Shown: one piece after another, positions 15,301-30,300 of the stretch
Layout: every line of letters begins with the position of its first letter
Position numbering within the stretch: the stretch's first letter is position 1
Notes under the pieces: model-generated
Databases searched by the model: none
The model's input: only the letters and a program-made list of their open reading frames with translations
What the model was told of the DNA's origin: nothing
Assembly: GCF_001949145.1 (NCBI RefSeq)
Contig: NW_019091360.1
Location: 3,284,864 to 3,348,863 of the forward strand
Direction of reading: 5' to 3'
From: Acanthaster planci
Lineage: Eukaryota
DNA: 64,000 bases
Translations under genes and position numbers: made by a program

Positions 15301-18300
15301 AGGTGGCGGGTGCAAACCGATCCATGCCAACATTTTACAGGTAAAACTAAATCACATTTAAATTTGCAACAAATGTGTTTCTGTGCACTGTTCAACAACA
15401 AAGAAATGCAAACATGGCCACTGCTCTGATCGAGTGCCCACACTTGATTGAAAATGTTTGTATTTTCAACTCTAGGGGGCCTAATTTACACTGAATGAAA
15501 TACCAGAGACAATAATGTGAAATTTTCAACGGGTAACCCCGGCAAGCCTGGTTGTTAAGTGGAAAGGAGTCTGCCTAGCAATATGGAGGTTGTGGGTTCA
15601 AGTCCAACCAAAGTGAACTTGTGAATGTTTTCACAAGCCTTCAGAAAACATTGAGCATAGCGAGGTCATAAATATATGTCAGTGAAGGGCAAAAGCAACC
15701 ACTGTTAAACTAATACACGCAAGTGTGAAATTCTTTTTTCCCAACTTGTATTTACAGCATACAAAGTCAGAAAAAAACAACAAACTTCAAGAATTCCAAG
15801 CTAAAAAGATGTTTGCAATGGAATAGAACAGGAGTACTAAGGGAGGAGATTTAGTGAAAGGGGAACAATTCAAACCAGGCAACAAATGTACCAATCTGAA
15901 GATGCACCCACAGATCTGATCAAATCCACTTACTCAGTTTCTGTGTAGTCCAGTAAGGGGCTGGCTACAAACTCTCTACCTGTTGGATCGTAATACCGAA
16001 CTCGGTAGAAGTTGAGGTCACCACCGACTGCGGGAGCCCAGACGAGGGCAATTGTTGTTGGACCTGGGGTAAGCATGGTAATAGCTCCTGGATCTGGTGG
16101 ATCTGTGATGGAAGGTTAGATACAATTATACATGAATGATACAAAATGTACATTTATTTACATGCGCGTCATCCCCCATCTTAGTGAACGCTCTGTACTT
16201 AATATTTTGGTTTCACAAACTACCACGAAAATATCAGGTAAGCAACTTTGACAAAACAAAAAATGAGGCAACTCCAATATTTCTGACATTTTGAACAGTG
16301 TTTATCAATTCCTAATGGGACCAGTGTGAAGTGAAAAACGAGGAAATCAGCGGATCCAAGGAAAAGTTGCATGCCTAAAGTATGCATACACACACTTTAC
16401 ACAATCACTGAATGATTTTGGTTTGCACGAACTAGCATCCGATGCGGTTGTGGATATGCAATTCAGAAAAAAATGTTTCCATGGGTTTGACACCAGTTCA
16501 CTCCATCTGTGTACTTGTGGAATATCATAAAATTTAATACTGAAGACCCTTCTAACTTGGGAAATGAAGAACATTTACCGTTTCTGAACACAAAAATAAT
16601 CTGAGTACACATGTAGCCACTGGTGTGCAGTTTGTGGAAGGGAATACAGTGGAACACCGCTATACTGAACATTCGACTGTGCCGAACATCGTCGTTGGCT
16701 CCCAATATTTTGTGCACAAAACCTACCGAACATTAGGCAGTTGCAAATCAACCGAGATTTGCCACAGCGTGCATCAGAGATCAATCCTGAGAAGTAGCTT
16801 CACGACTTTTAGGATAAACTAAATATCAATTTGGTAACTCAAGATTTAATTTAAAAAAACAAAAATAAGTAACAGATACATTTCTAAAAACCTCAAACAT
16901 GAATGCAATGGCAAAACATCATGAAAACAGCAAATCATAGTATCACAAGAGGGTGCACTTCAGTTAGACAAGAGAGGGTGCTACTCAACATGGCAACAAA
17001 ACGTTCGGCATTTAATTTCGCTATACCAAACGACCGCTGTACCAAACATTTGCGTGGACCCCGTCGTGTTTGTTATAGCGGCGTTCCACTGTATTATGTG
17101 GAACTGTTACATTATCCACACAAGGTGCCCAAGCAAGTATCACTTTATGTCAATTCATTAAATCGCTGACGACATTGTCCTTAAATATAATCCGAACCCA
17201 TGTTTACTTTACACAGATATGTCGGTTAAGAGCATAGTCCATCATTTGCAGTCATCCAAAAAGTGAATAACAAAATTACTGCTGAAATGCATACTTGGTT
17301 TAAAGATGGTTACGGGACTAAACTCCCCATAAAATGCTTCTTTCTGGTAAGCTGTCACTTTGAAGAAGACAATGGAAGAAGGCCATTTCAAAGAATGTAT
17401 CTGAAGAAGCATTTTCGGAAAATTGCAATTGCAACTGCTTATACGACATGTTACATTCGTTGGTTCACTGGGTCACTTATGGCTGCATTCGACTAAACGT
17501 GAGAATGAGTCCCAGGGACTGAATTCAGGTGCAGTTCAAAACATGACTCAGCAACATTTGATCGAAAATTGATATCCTGGAATATTGTTCTTCTCTCCTG
17601 CTTCAGATTTTGAGAAATTTTGTTGCCTTATCGGGACATAATGCACAAATAAAAATAACTGTACCTTCAAACTGTTTAATCTCCAAAATATTATGTAACA
17701 AAAGTATTTGATCTAAGGAAGTTCAATTTTTCAATGATCTCTAAATGTCTGGGCAGTTAACCAAATATACATTATAAACTGTTTGCTGTGATGGACATTT
17801 TCAAAACATCAACCTGCAAAGATTTTGCTAACTGTCAGCTTCTGTGTGGGACTTATAAGTGTTTGCTAAATGTTTAGAAGCTTAAAATGACTGTTTTGCT
17901 ACAAGTTTAATGAAAACTGTCACCCAGGGGTTAGACAATTTGGAGCAAGTCAGGCTGAACGTGAATTATCTTATTGTGTGAAATGGAGGTGATTCAACAG
18001 AAAAGCAGTAAACATGATTGACAGGCTCTGAAATGGTCATGGTTTGGGAGGCTTACTAGTTTTGGCTGATCCGTTGAAGCTTCCACTACTCCCAGTCGCT
18101 GTGACGGTGTAGACGGTCGTGGGTGTCAAGTTCTCAATCAGGTACGTGGTGGCGCCGCCGACAAATACCTGCCGCTGGAAGGGAGGGTCGTCGCTGGCAA
18201 TATTGAGGACAGTCATGTCGGAGTCACTGACCCAGAGCACTCGGAGTGTCGTGGAGGTCACTTCCATGAAGTACAGCACTCCTGTCTGGGCTGCACCTGT

Positions 18301-21300
18301 GGAATGAACGACATCAAGATCTTGAGAACAGGATCCAATCAGAAGGTAGCAGAGTACCACATGACCACATGGATTCCAAGATTAACCACCATTGCCCTGG
18401 GCAAGTGTTTGGTGTTTCTAACCTACCATTCGTGGCACATTGTAAACTACATAGTGAGGCTTACTTTCATGCAAAAACTATCGTAAATTTGTTAACAGCA
18501 TAATAGTCACATCAGTCCCACGTAGTTTTCCTTACAATACTGGTCCAGCAGCAGGTGCTGGCTCCACATTTTTCTTATACTTTGATGCGTTTGCCTCAGC
18601 ATCACACAGCTAATAAGCATAACACAGCTATTCACATTATATCCCAGTTAGTAAGTTTCCTAAACAAATACTTTTTTTTTTTTCAATTCTGTGCCTCGAC
18701 TTTTCGCAAAGACAGCTTTTTTCTATGAAGCCAGATAGGCTAACATCAACAGATCTGAATATCTCTGTCATTACAAAGACGTACCGGTGGTGTACTGGAT
18801 GGATGATGGTTCACTGGTTGACCGACAGTCCTTGGAACCTGACACGGTCTCCACTTCAAGCAGGTACTGTGTGCTTGGCTGCAAGCCATTCAGAGTGGCC
18901 ACAGCTGAGTTTTGGTTGACTGTCGCCCCCAGTTGGCGAATCTGGCGACCCACCTCGGTGTAGTAGACATTGAAGGCACCAAAGACGCCAGTCGGTAGAG
19001 GGTAGAACAGTCGAATTGACGTTGGTGTGAAGACAGACGAAATGAATATGTTGCCTGGACGGTTGGGAACTGAAAGGAAATGAATGTACGAAAAGAAAGA
19101 AAGGGAATTAGGAATGCTTCATTAAAATCACACAGCCGTAGTAGATGTGATCATTTCCATGGGAATGAGACACAGAAACATGTCAATTCTCACGCAAGTT
19201 TTCATGTTACAAATGTTCATTTTACTTTATGTGAGACTTCTCTTGTGGAAAACTTCTGCCTATGCAAGTGTTTAAAACTTTTGTTTCTTCACGAATTTAA
19301 GAATAAACTAACAATAAACTGGCTTTGAGAAAAAAACCAAGTGGAAATTGTCACATGAACTGAAGCGGTCACGTACAAATCTTGCTCCATATGCTTCAGG
19401 AATGGCTGGTTTTCACACAAAAAGTACACATGAAGATCACACACAAAATGCAAGATGGACTTTGTGGATATTTCTCTCTAACATTGAAACACGCTTCATG
19501 CCTTCATTTTGCAAAAACAGGTCACATGCAAATGCTGGCTTATTTTACTTTGAAGCATCTCTGACATGTTGCATATATGTAGCCTCATGCTTTATTATAC
19601 ATTCTACTCAAGGGTTTTACTGAGAGGGCTGATTTAAAACGAGAAAACTTAGTTTCTGGACAAAACTTACTTGTCCGTTGACATTTGGTCATCTCGACGT
19701 CTTGGGTTGCATCAATGCGCACTGTGATGTCGTACTGTTGGCCAGGTACCAGGCCGCTGAACCGGGCAGTGCGTGCAATACCGTCAATCATGTCAGGCAG
19801 GGTACCGGTGGGATAGATGGAGGCAGCATAGCCAATGAAACCTGAAAGGGTGCTACCATCTCCCCAAGTGATCAGGATGGACGTTCTGGTCACCTCCAGA
19901 CACACTATCTGACCGGCTGCTGGTGACACTATCCACAGAAATTGACAACATATTGATTGGTGTAAATTCTGTACTTTCAACCCCTTCATTTGTTACAAGT
20001 TTGTTTTGTTTTTTCCCGGGGCTAAAATCACACTTCTTCATATCTCGTTTCATTCGACAAGATGTTTGAGCAATCTTTTGTACTGTATTAAGAAATAATT
20101 TATAGATCATTTCAACTAACTCTGGTCATAATGGAGAAGTTTTTTTCTCAAATATCTATTAGTATGGATCCGCACTGTTCCCTCCTATTAACCAGTTCAA
20201 TGTCTGGCAGAGAAATTGGCACTCTAAAGGCACCCGAGACTTCACTGGCAGATATCCACAGCCATGAAGAAAAAAGCCTGCTTCATACACTGACTTTAAC
20301 AGCCACGTCTGAATGGTTAAGGTACTGCTGGCAATTATACAAGGTTGTGTGGGAAATGACAGCTTCAGTAAGTACCAGGAACTACAGAGAAAACATCTTA
20401 GTCAGTTATGCCTTGCAAAATGCAACAATCCTTCCTACCCGTGCTGGCTCCTTGGGTGCGGGAGTCACTCGTCTGAGAGATATCACCAGTTCCTGACACG
20501 ACTGCAACTGACAGCGTATACATCCTGTCTGGCAGGAGGTTGCGGAAAGTATACATAGTTGTGTCTGAGGGTAGGAAGACTGGGTCTGAGGGGAGCCCGC
20601 CCATCTCAGTAATGGTCAGCTTGTAGAGATCGAAGACGACCGATTGATTCTGGTAATCAGGAGGTCGAGTGAAGGAGAACTCAATGGAGGTCAGTTGAGG
20701 GTTGACAGAGTGGATGGAGGCTGGACGCGTTGGTTCTGATATTGACGACGACAAAGAGAGGAAAAATTCAAATCAACAAATTACCAACAGAAATAACAGG
20801 GGTTTGATGTCACCATTGCAACAATAATGTAATAAAAAATCAGGAAGTTGGTCAAGTTATACAGCACCCAATCTGTACAAAAACTAAACACAGTTGTCCG
20901 TACTCAAGAAAAAACTACATTTTCAAATATAACGTGGTGTTAAAATCATCTGTTTGTCGTTAAATCTATCTATATATCCAATAGAATACTCTTTGGTCTG
21001 AAATTGGGAAGTGGATCCCGAAATAAAGTCATGTTGAACAACTTCAAAGTCCAAATTCATCAACCGTGTGTTGAATTTTTGAATGACTAAGGACCGATTT
21101 CAATATTTAACACAGATAAAAACAACATTTAAAAGGAAAGAATCCTTTTCTTCAAACTCACTTGGTAGCCACTACCTTTAACTTTCTCTGAAACCATTCT
21201 TTTAATCCACCATAACTCACTTGTCCTGACAACCTTGCTCCCAGTGGGCAAATTGTTGTTATTGGTGGAGACCAGGATGGTGTATTCCTTGCCGGGAATG

Positions 21301-24300
21301 AGGCCACTGAAGGTTCGTATCGCAGGTCGGCCTGGGTTGGCGACCTGCGAGGCAGCATCCTCGCTGATCTGTAAGGTGTATTCGGTGTAGTCGCCCGTCA
21401 CCTCCCCCCAGGTAAACTCAATGCTGTTCTCCTGAACACCCCGGATGATGACTTCAGCAGGGTTGGCACTGGCTGTGAGAGTGATCAGGGTAGAAATAAA
21501 GATGTGGTGGAGTAGAACTTTCACACATCCAGTCACACAGATTATCACTTTCTTTTTTTTATCATTTTGGGAGGGGTTAACAGCCATATATACTTTACTC
21601 AAATTGTGAAAGACGATGAAGCAGCCCATCATCATTTTTTACTCTTCCTGGGCGGGTTGTCAAGAAAAAACAGCATGTTCTGTATGCTCACAAAGGGATC
21701 CGCGAAAGAAACAAATGGCCCCCCAAATTTAACTGGGCATTTGAAATAGTCAAAAAAGATGGACACAATGGTAAAATATGAGTGATGGCAGAATTTTACA
21801 AAACAGTTTGACTAGGGGCTCATTCAAAAGGAGACTACACTATGAGTGTATACCGGTAAGCAGCTGCCAACAAGTTGTCAAACTATAGTCAGATTCACAA
21901 ACTGGGACTTTCCTCGTCTTCCACCTCTGCAACCTGGGTTTGAATACCACCAAGGCCAACCTTTGGATTGGGCTCTGAGTTTGTAAGTGATCCTGTGGGT
22001 TTTCCCTGGAATATTGGTCCAGATTTTCCTCTCACCTCTAAAACTGTCCATTTCTTCATTTGTCTTCTCCCCAGGGCCACTAAGGAGAAATTTGATAGCT
22101 ATTTACCCTGTTTAAATAAAGACTGAATACGCTGTTAACAATCATTGATGCAATTGACATGCACCTCGTTGGTCTTACATCAGTGATGTCAGCACAAGAA
22201 GATCATCATGTGCACTAAGCCAATACACCGCCTCGTCCTCTGCGAGGGTCAACGCAGCTGCTTACCTGTGGTGAAAGTTGCAGACAAGTCAGTACTTCTC
22301 TCACTGTTGTCTGCACCACCGGACACTGCCTCCACGGTCACCAAGTAGTCACTGGCTGGCAACAAGTTTTCAAACTTGACCTGCAGGGGGCTGCCCACTC
22401 TCACCACCAGGGGTGAGAGGGTGATCCCATTGTCGGGGAAGTAGGATACCAGGAAGAGGTCCACGTCTCCGGGACCAGAGCCACGGTGCCAGGTCACTTC
22501 CAGGGAGGTGGAGGTGCCAGTAACCCGGGTGAGAGATTCCGGGGGACTCGGCCCTGCCAAATGACAAGATTGGTCAAAACAATCAAATGGCAGAAAACTG
22601 CCACAACTAGAATCTTTGATTACATGATTCATATTATGCACACTGTGCACCCTATGAATAGGGTGCAGAAGGAAATCATCCGATTTTTTTACAACCATGA
22701 GTTTATTGTCCTATTTTACCATTTTCCAAAAGGGCACAACTCTCTCAAAAAACTTTCCTGTGGAGAGGGCTGAGTTTCACTCATCAAGTGTTTATTTCGT
22801 GTTTAATTCACTCGGCCTTACTGTCAAAGCATTCCATAAATTTGGTCACAGTGCTTGTTGAACTTACGTGTGCGCTGCTGCCCGGTAAGAACGCTTGGGT
22901 CGACGATATTGCCAGGCGTGATCTCGATACGGATATCGTACAGTCTGCCGGGGACAAGACCAGTGGCCAGGTAGGAGGCGGTGGACTGTGCGGTGTTTCG
23001 AGGGATGAAGATGTCGGTGAATATTGGTCTGGATTCACTAGCTGGCCAGAGAAAGACGAAATAACCGCTAACACCGTCATTCGGAACCTCGGCCCACAGA
23101 ATGTCCATGGAAGTGGTGTTCACATTCTGAATAATGATCTGCCCACTCGGAACAGGGTCTGGAGAAAAGGCAATTAATTATGAAATATGTAAGTGGTCCT
23201 GTCTTATTTAAAGTTATAATGACTGAATGACGCTACAATCTGTCAGATGTTCTGACTTCCGACCTTGTGGGTTGACTTTAAAATCACAGGGAAAGGGCTT
23301 TATATCCAGCAATGGGATATACACTGTGACCTGGGGTGACTCACTCGACCCCCACTCGCCTTTCTTCATCCAGGAGTTAAATGGGTACGCGTGAGGGAAG
23401 AGTGGGTAACTGTGATAAATTGAACCAAGTTGTGTACTCTCCAGGGAGATTAGATGATTTCAAGAATGCTTCTGGGCCCAATGAGCGGGGATGATAAAGA
23501 AGTATAGCTGACTGAGCAACAGCATTGGTGGATATGTACATCTTGCCTGCATCTTTCCAGAGATCACAAGCTCAACAATTCTATCAAATTATGCCAGTTC
23601 TTGTGCTTGCAATGGATGAGATGGACAAGCCCTCTTGGCTTTATATCAGTCTAGAACTAAAGAAAAATGGCTACTAACTAGTGTGGAAGGTTCTTGCGAC
23701 TCTGTCGTCATTCCGCTGTTGCGCAAACACGGGGTCTGCACTGGACTGCAGGACGGCCACCACTTCAATCTCATAGTCCGAGTCTGGTTTCAGCATCTCA
23801 AAGCGGTAGCGTCGATCCTCGTCTCGGTTGATGCGGCCAGCCAGTGACTCTTCCCCTTGCTCGTTGGTGATGTATACCTCGTAGAAGCTGAAGTCACTAG
23901 AGCCTCCCGGGGCATTCCAGGAGACTTCGATGGATGTGGTTGTCACAGCGATGGGACTTATTCCTGAGGGGTTGGCTGGGTCTGGATAAGACAGCAGGGT
24001 AGTGTGAATCAATACACACGGAACAAGGCACTGTTCTATTCACAACTTAAATGTTTGATAATCGTAAGAAACGAATTTAAATACATCAAAATCCTCTACA
24101 TGTGTGATGTCAATGATAACAGTACAGCTAAACGGTCTGATCAAAGATGTCAAAGCACCCCATGGCAATAGGGTTTCCCCAAGACAGGCCACCACTGCAT
24201 TATGGTTAACAGCAGTACATCTTATGTTGCAGGCCACGTCTTTAGGCTTACTTTCCAGCCCCCAAATTCTTCACCACAAAGCATAACGGTCACCACTTGT

Positions 24301-27300
24301 GTCATCTACAGCTTTTATTATCATGCCAATCCAGCAGCACCGACTGGCCCTGCATTTTTTTGTCATTTGCCAAAGCTTTGCAGGCTTCCTTACAGCCAAT
24401 GACAATGGCAGATGTAAGTCGGGTCACATGAGTCAACGAGTGAAAAGAGAAGATACCTGACATTGACACTGACGGTGACATTGACTTCACTGTTTCACTT
24501 GCCAGACTAAACCACACAGTTAAGGTTAAGATGCTTGGAGCTGGAAAGTTTCTCATCCATGCTATTGTCATGTGTGTGCTTTATGACAAGTTTACTGACA
24601 GCAGCAACCTACTTGTTCGAATATGAAGACTGGATGTAGGTTGTTGAGTGCCTGAGTAGACCAGGTCCACACGGTATATCGTGGCTGGTGACAGGGAGCC
24701 AAACATGGCCTCTTCAATCGCCAGGTTCTGAAGAGAGTTGACCAGGGCACCACTACTTCTAAGGAAAAGGCTCAGTTGATAGTCCGGAGCCGTGCCAGTA
24801 ATCCGACCCCACACAAGGGAGACACTGGTCGAAGTCAGGGATCGGACTAGGATTGTCCCAACATTCACCGTTGCTGATAGAATGGACCAAAAAATACTTA
24901 TCATTTGCAAAAAAAGTTGTTATGCACTTTGCACTGGAATATCTTAAAAGAGGTAATGGCTGTTCAGTCAAGGACTAACTAACATGTTTGTTCCTCACCA
25001 GTTGATGCAGTGACATTAACAGGTGCACTGATTTCTTGCAAGTCCCCAGTTCCTGACACTGTGACCACATCAAAATCATAGGTTGTGGATGGTAGGAGAC
25101 CAGTCACCTTCAACTGTGTGACCATCTTGGGAGTGGAGCCAGCTGTGATGGGTACCAAGGAGCCCATCCTCTTGTAAGACACCCGGTAACCGCTGAAGAT
25201 ACCGGTCGCCGCGGTCCACAGGAGGGTGACTGATACGGCATCCGATGACACAGCAGAGACAGACAACGGTGGATTGGGAACTAAAACAGATCATGAAAAC
25301 ATCATCATTAAACACTTGTGAACTTTGTACGTAATATAAATCCAAACAAGCAAAAACCACTCACAAGAAAATACTCTTTACTCAAACATAACAAACATTT
25401 TACCCTTGTGACTGATCTTAAGCGTACAAGTTTGGAGAAGCTTAGCAAAAAAAAAGGTACACCCAATGCAAGACATATGAGCAGCTAGCAATGTCTATGA
25501 CACTGACTAGCACACTTGTATAGTAATCTCAAAGTTTCCTGACAACATCTGCACATTTGTGCTACGTACCTGTCCTCTGCACCATTGATGTCATAATGCC
25601 TGTGTTAGTCAGCACAACCACGCTGATGTTATAGAGTTCCCCAGCCACAAGGTTTGAGAAGACCACTAGTCGCTGAATGTTGTTAATGACCCTAGTGGCG
25701 CTGGGTGAATCGATGGAGACGGAGTAGCCAGTGAAGCCTGGTACGTTGTCTGCCGCACCCCAGGAAGCTCGGATAGAGGTTCTGTCCACAGACAGGATGA
25801 CAAGAACTCCTGGATTTGGGGAAGCTGTAAGGAGAGATAAATAGATGCTATGACCCATTGCTACAAAGTCCTGTACAGATGGTCGCAGGACCAGCAGTAT
25901 ATCTGGAACTAGATTTTTACATCCTAGGCTAACAGTCTAGCTGAAATTTCTTCTACTCTTAGTTTAATCTGGGAAAAACGATGTTTGGTAATTCGCTGTA
26001 AACTACTCCAGCATAAATCACGGCCAACTGAAAGACATCAACAAAAGAATGATACACAATAAGTGGATGCTAAGCAAGTCTGACAAAATGGCAGGTTATT
26101 CAACCGTACTTACTGGTGTTGGCTGTCAAGGTATCCGGTTCACTAACTGTTCTCAGTAGACCGGTTCCGGAGCTTGTGGCCACTTTAATGTTGTATGAAG
26201 TGGCCGGGAACAGGTCCTCTAGTTGATAGTTGTCCACACTTCTTGTGACAAAGATTTCATTGAGGACAGGCCCATCGCCGATGTTGTAGGTGATAATGTA
26301 GGAATCAAAGTCTGAGACCACAGAGGGCTCATTCCAGCTAATTGAGATGGAGGTTGTGGTAGAACTGACGGCAAACAGTCCAACAGGTGAAGCTGGCACT
26401 AAAGAAAAAACGGTTTAAAAATTTTCCACTAAATAATGTTGACTTTGCACTCTGATTGCTGCTTTAGCACAAAGGAGACACAGCAAAGATTGGTGAAAGC
26501 ATCAGTTGAGTTTTCTCTGATGAGATTATGTGGAGGCACTGGAGGCCAGCCTTATCCTGTTCATTTGGCTATGGCTAGCAATCAAACACAATTTGGGAAA
26601 TGCTCCTAGCCACAAGCTGATGACTGCCATAGAAACCTATGTTAGTTTACTGGCCACAGCAATTAGCTGGAACGCAGTCTGAAGCAAAAGCTGATCATTC
26701 CTGGTACACCGTGGCTTCCTAAGGTATACAGATTTAAAGCACGTGGGAGTCAGTAAGTGACAAGACCTTACTTGTCTAGCATCCGCAGAAAGATGCCATC
26801 TTAAGTATGTCTTAAGTCAACAAATTTCACTGATTAGCTCAAAATAACACTTTTGAGAAAAAGCAGCCGCGTCAACAGAACGTAGGATTGGCAAGTCTAG
26901 ACATACTTACAGGTGCGGAAGGTGTTTGTACTGGACAGAGCGCCGGCTGTGACGGTGACATTGTAAAGACTTCCAGGCCGCAGGCTGCTGAAGCTACCAA
27001 TGCGCACTGCATCTGGTGCAACCACACCGACGTTGGTTCCAGACGAAGGTGCAAGTTGATAAACATAATTTTGGAAGGCTCCAGTGACTTCCCCCCAGGT
27101 AAACTCCACAGTGGTGGCCGTGATTTCCCGGAAAATGACCTCAGCTGCAGCGGCAGCATCTGTAATATTTAACACAAATCACAATTAACTAAACTTGACA
27201 AGTTGAAATAATCTAAATGCTTGCTTCAAGTCAAAAGGAAATATTGTCAAAGATCAAAAACCAAGGCCCATCTTGGTATATCTGCAAGGCAGTGTAAGCT

Positions 27301-30300
27301 GTTAGGTAGATTTTCACGCTAAGCTTACCAGAAAGAGGAACAAACTATTCAAGACACACAGTATGTGAAGAAAACTTTTTGTACCTTTTTGCACATGATA
27401 AAAACAAACTGAGCCCTGTTACGATGTATCACTTTTGATGTCTCATCCTAAACAAAGACGAACTAAGTCAGACAAAAGATGCTGAGGGCTTTCATAGATT
27501 TACCTTGTAATTCATTTTGTAAAGATGGATCATAAGAGAAACTCTAATTTCCTTTGTTACTTTCTCAAACTCAAAACAGGGAATACAGGAAGAGCAGCCC
27601 AAAACTGACGAAGACAGCACAGATAAGGCCAACATTTTTTTTCATAAGTAAGATTATGAACCACTAACTCCAATTTTAGCAAAGATGCAAAATGAAAATA
27701 GTCAAACAATGTTTTCCTGAGGCAGGATTTTTACTATTTTGAAAAAAATATGAACGGTGCATGATTTCTTTCTGAATGAAACGCTTGAAGTTAGCTGATA
27801 AAAAAAATCAAAAGTGATCTTATTTTCAATAATATACCCGGATTAAACAAAGAACCGGTCAGTAAGTGCGAACTGGTATCCAACCTCCTTGCAGGAGGAT
27901 GTAGTGCCAGGCAACTGTTGTGCATAGTGCAACTGTCAGTGGTCAAGTATATGTACTGTGCTTTATGACCACACACACAAAAATACAAGAGCAAGTCAAC
28001 TGGAACGCTGAATTTACCAGCGATAGTGCCGCAGATATCCTCAACTAGCAGCACAGCCGTCTTTACCATGTTGTTTTTCCGTTCATGTTATACAAGGGAG
28101 AGATTCCTTTACATGTTGCAGAGAGGCGATTGACACAATCCCATTGGTCATTTGTCTCCAAGATGGTGACATAGTTTGCAGAATTGTGGGTTTCAAGAAT
28201 GACCTCCAAAATACCCAAGGCCCAAGTTTTTTCTCCTCCAACCTAGAGCAAGTTAGTTGTATTAAAAGAAATGACCTTCAACTTTTTTTTCTTCCTTAGT
28301 ACCCTGGGAAATTTCACGCCGTATTTGGAAATCAATAAATAGAAAATGCTGGATTAAAAAACAAAATAAGGGGAAGAAGAAGTGCCAAGTTACTTGTGGA
28401 CATGGTGCCTGAGCGGGGGACACTGGTGGTCCGATCTATTCCTTCCCCAGCCACTGCCCGAACGGACACGGTGTACATGGAGCCGGGGAGCAGCTTGCGC
28501 AGGATGAAGCGTGGGGTCTGGCTGGCCATCACGGTAATCGGGTTGCTGGAGCTACCGTCCTCCGGCTGGTAGTCCAGGAGGTAGAAGTTCACCACTCCGT
28601 TGGACGGTTGCCAGCCGACCTCCAGGGTGGTCGAAGAACTGGACAATCTGAAAGGTATCCCTGGCTGGGCTGCACCTGTGAGCAAAACAATGTGGGAAGG
28701 TATCATCCCATCAATGCACTGCTTGCCGAGGGCGCTGTTATTGATTTGCACAATCAAGTACAGTCCAAGTAAATCCACCTGCATTTTTTTTTCATTGCTG
28801 AGGTTTTGGATCCCCTCTCTCCAAATGAATTCTTGGTGAATCCAATACTTGTCAATCACAGACACTTTCCTGTCTAACTGCCCACAGGAAGGCAGAAAGG
28901 TGCAAAAAAGAGTTCAACTGACAGACCGGCCACTTCTGTTCTCAAACTCTAACAAGGCTGTTTCCTCGGTGAAAACAACTGAACCAACCTGACTATTCCT
29001 GCCGATTGAGAGACCATTAAACAAGGTGCATTAATAGTATTGCTGCACTGCATAGTCGTGAAACTGTCATCATCAGCATTTGAGGTTAATGGATCCACAA
29101 GAAGCACACACCTTCTTAGATATTACAGAAATGGTGATCAGGTCGTGATTGTAACTTCCTTGATAAAGTAAGGAATGCAGAGATAAATAAAAATGGAAGT
29201 TTTCGTTGTAGATACAAGAATCTGAAGAGGACTTACGGGTGCGCTGGGAGGTTGCTAGGGTCAGTGAGGAAGTGACCACCACCTCAACGGTGTACAGTTC
29301 ACCGGGGGTCAACCCCTGGAAACGTCTGGTGATAAAGAGCTGGTTGGGGTTCACCGCCTGTGCCTGTAGAACATCCCGTCCGGCCCCTGTCCTGTAGATG
29401 TAGATCTGGTAGATGTTGTTGTCGGCGGCCAGGTTCTCTCGCCAGACCACCGTGATCTCGCTGGTGGTGTAGCTGCTGACAAAGATCTCGCTTAATCCAA
29501 TATCAGCTGTGGACGAAGAGATCAAAAATAAATCATCGCATTATGTCTGGAACATTTGGAAGCAATGGTGACTGGTTTTTTTCAGGAATGCCTGAGCAAC
29601 TAATACTGTACATATTCAGAGCCTGTTTCGCATCTGAGAAAACAGGGCAGTGATTTTGCCCAGATAGTTTTGTCAAGTTAATGTACTTTACAGACAAAAA
29701 TCGTTTTGATTCAGCTCACCTGCCAGGTTTGTGCTAAGCATCAGGACATAAACAAAACTAAAACTATTTTAGCAAGGACTTTTTCTGCCTTCCCATATTA
29801 AACTAAGTGAGACCAAATGTTCAAATGTTGAGTTTTGACTTGAGACTTTTTCGTTCGACAGTTTTTTCTCAACACAAAGGAATTCAATACATAAGCAGTG
29901 AGGTTTAGGATTCTGTTTACCTGTTTCTACAACTCTCTCAGAAGCTGTATCCCCAAACTGGGTGGGGAAGAAACCGACACCGGTGTTCCTAGAGTCCAGC
30001 CTAGACTTGACCACCACACGGTACTCTGATAGAGGCATCAGCAGTGAGAAGTCAGCGGAGGTGGTGTTGGGACCGACCATCTGCGGGAACGTTGGGTTGC
30101 CCGGGCCGAAGACCTCAATGTTGTATCCATTCAGAAGACCGCTGGCAGGCTGCCACGTGATCCTGAAGGACGTTGGGGTGACTTCACTCACCGTGATGAC
30201 CCCTGGTGAGTCAGGATCTACAACACAGCCCCAAATTGCCAATTATTAGGACAAGGCAGAAATATTTAGGCTTCTATCAACACCTATAACCAGGCATTTC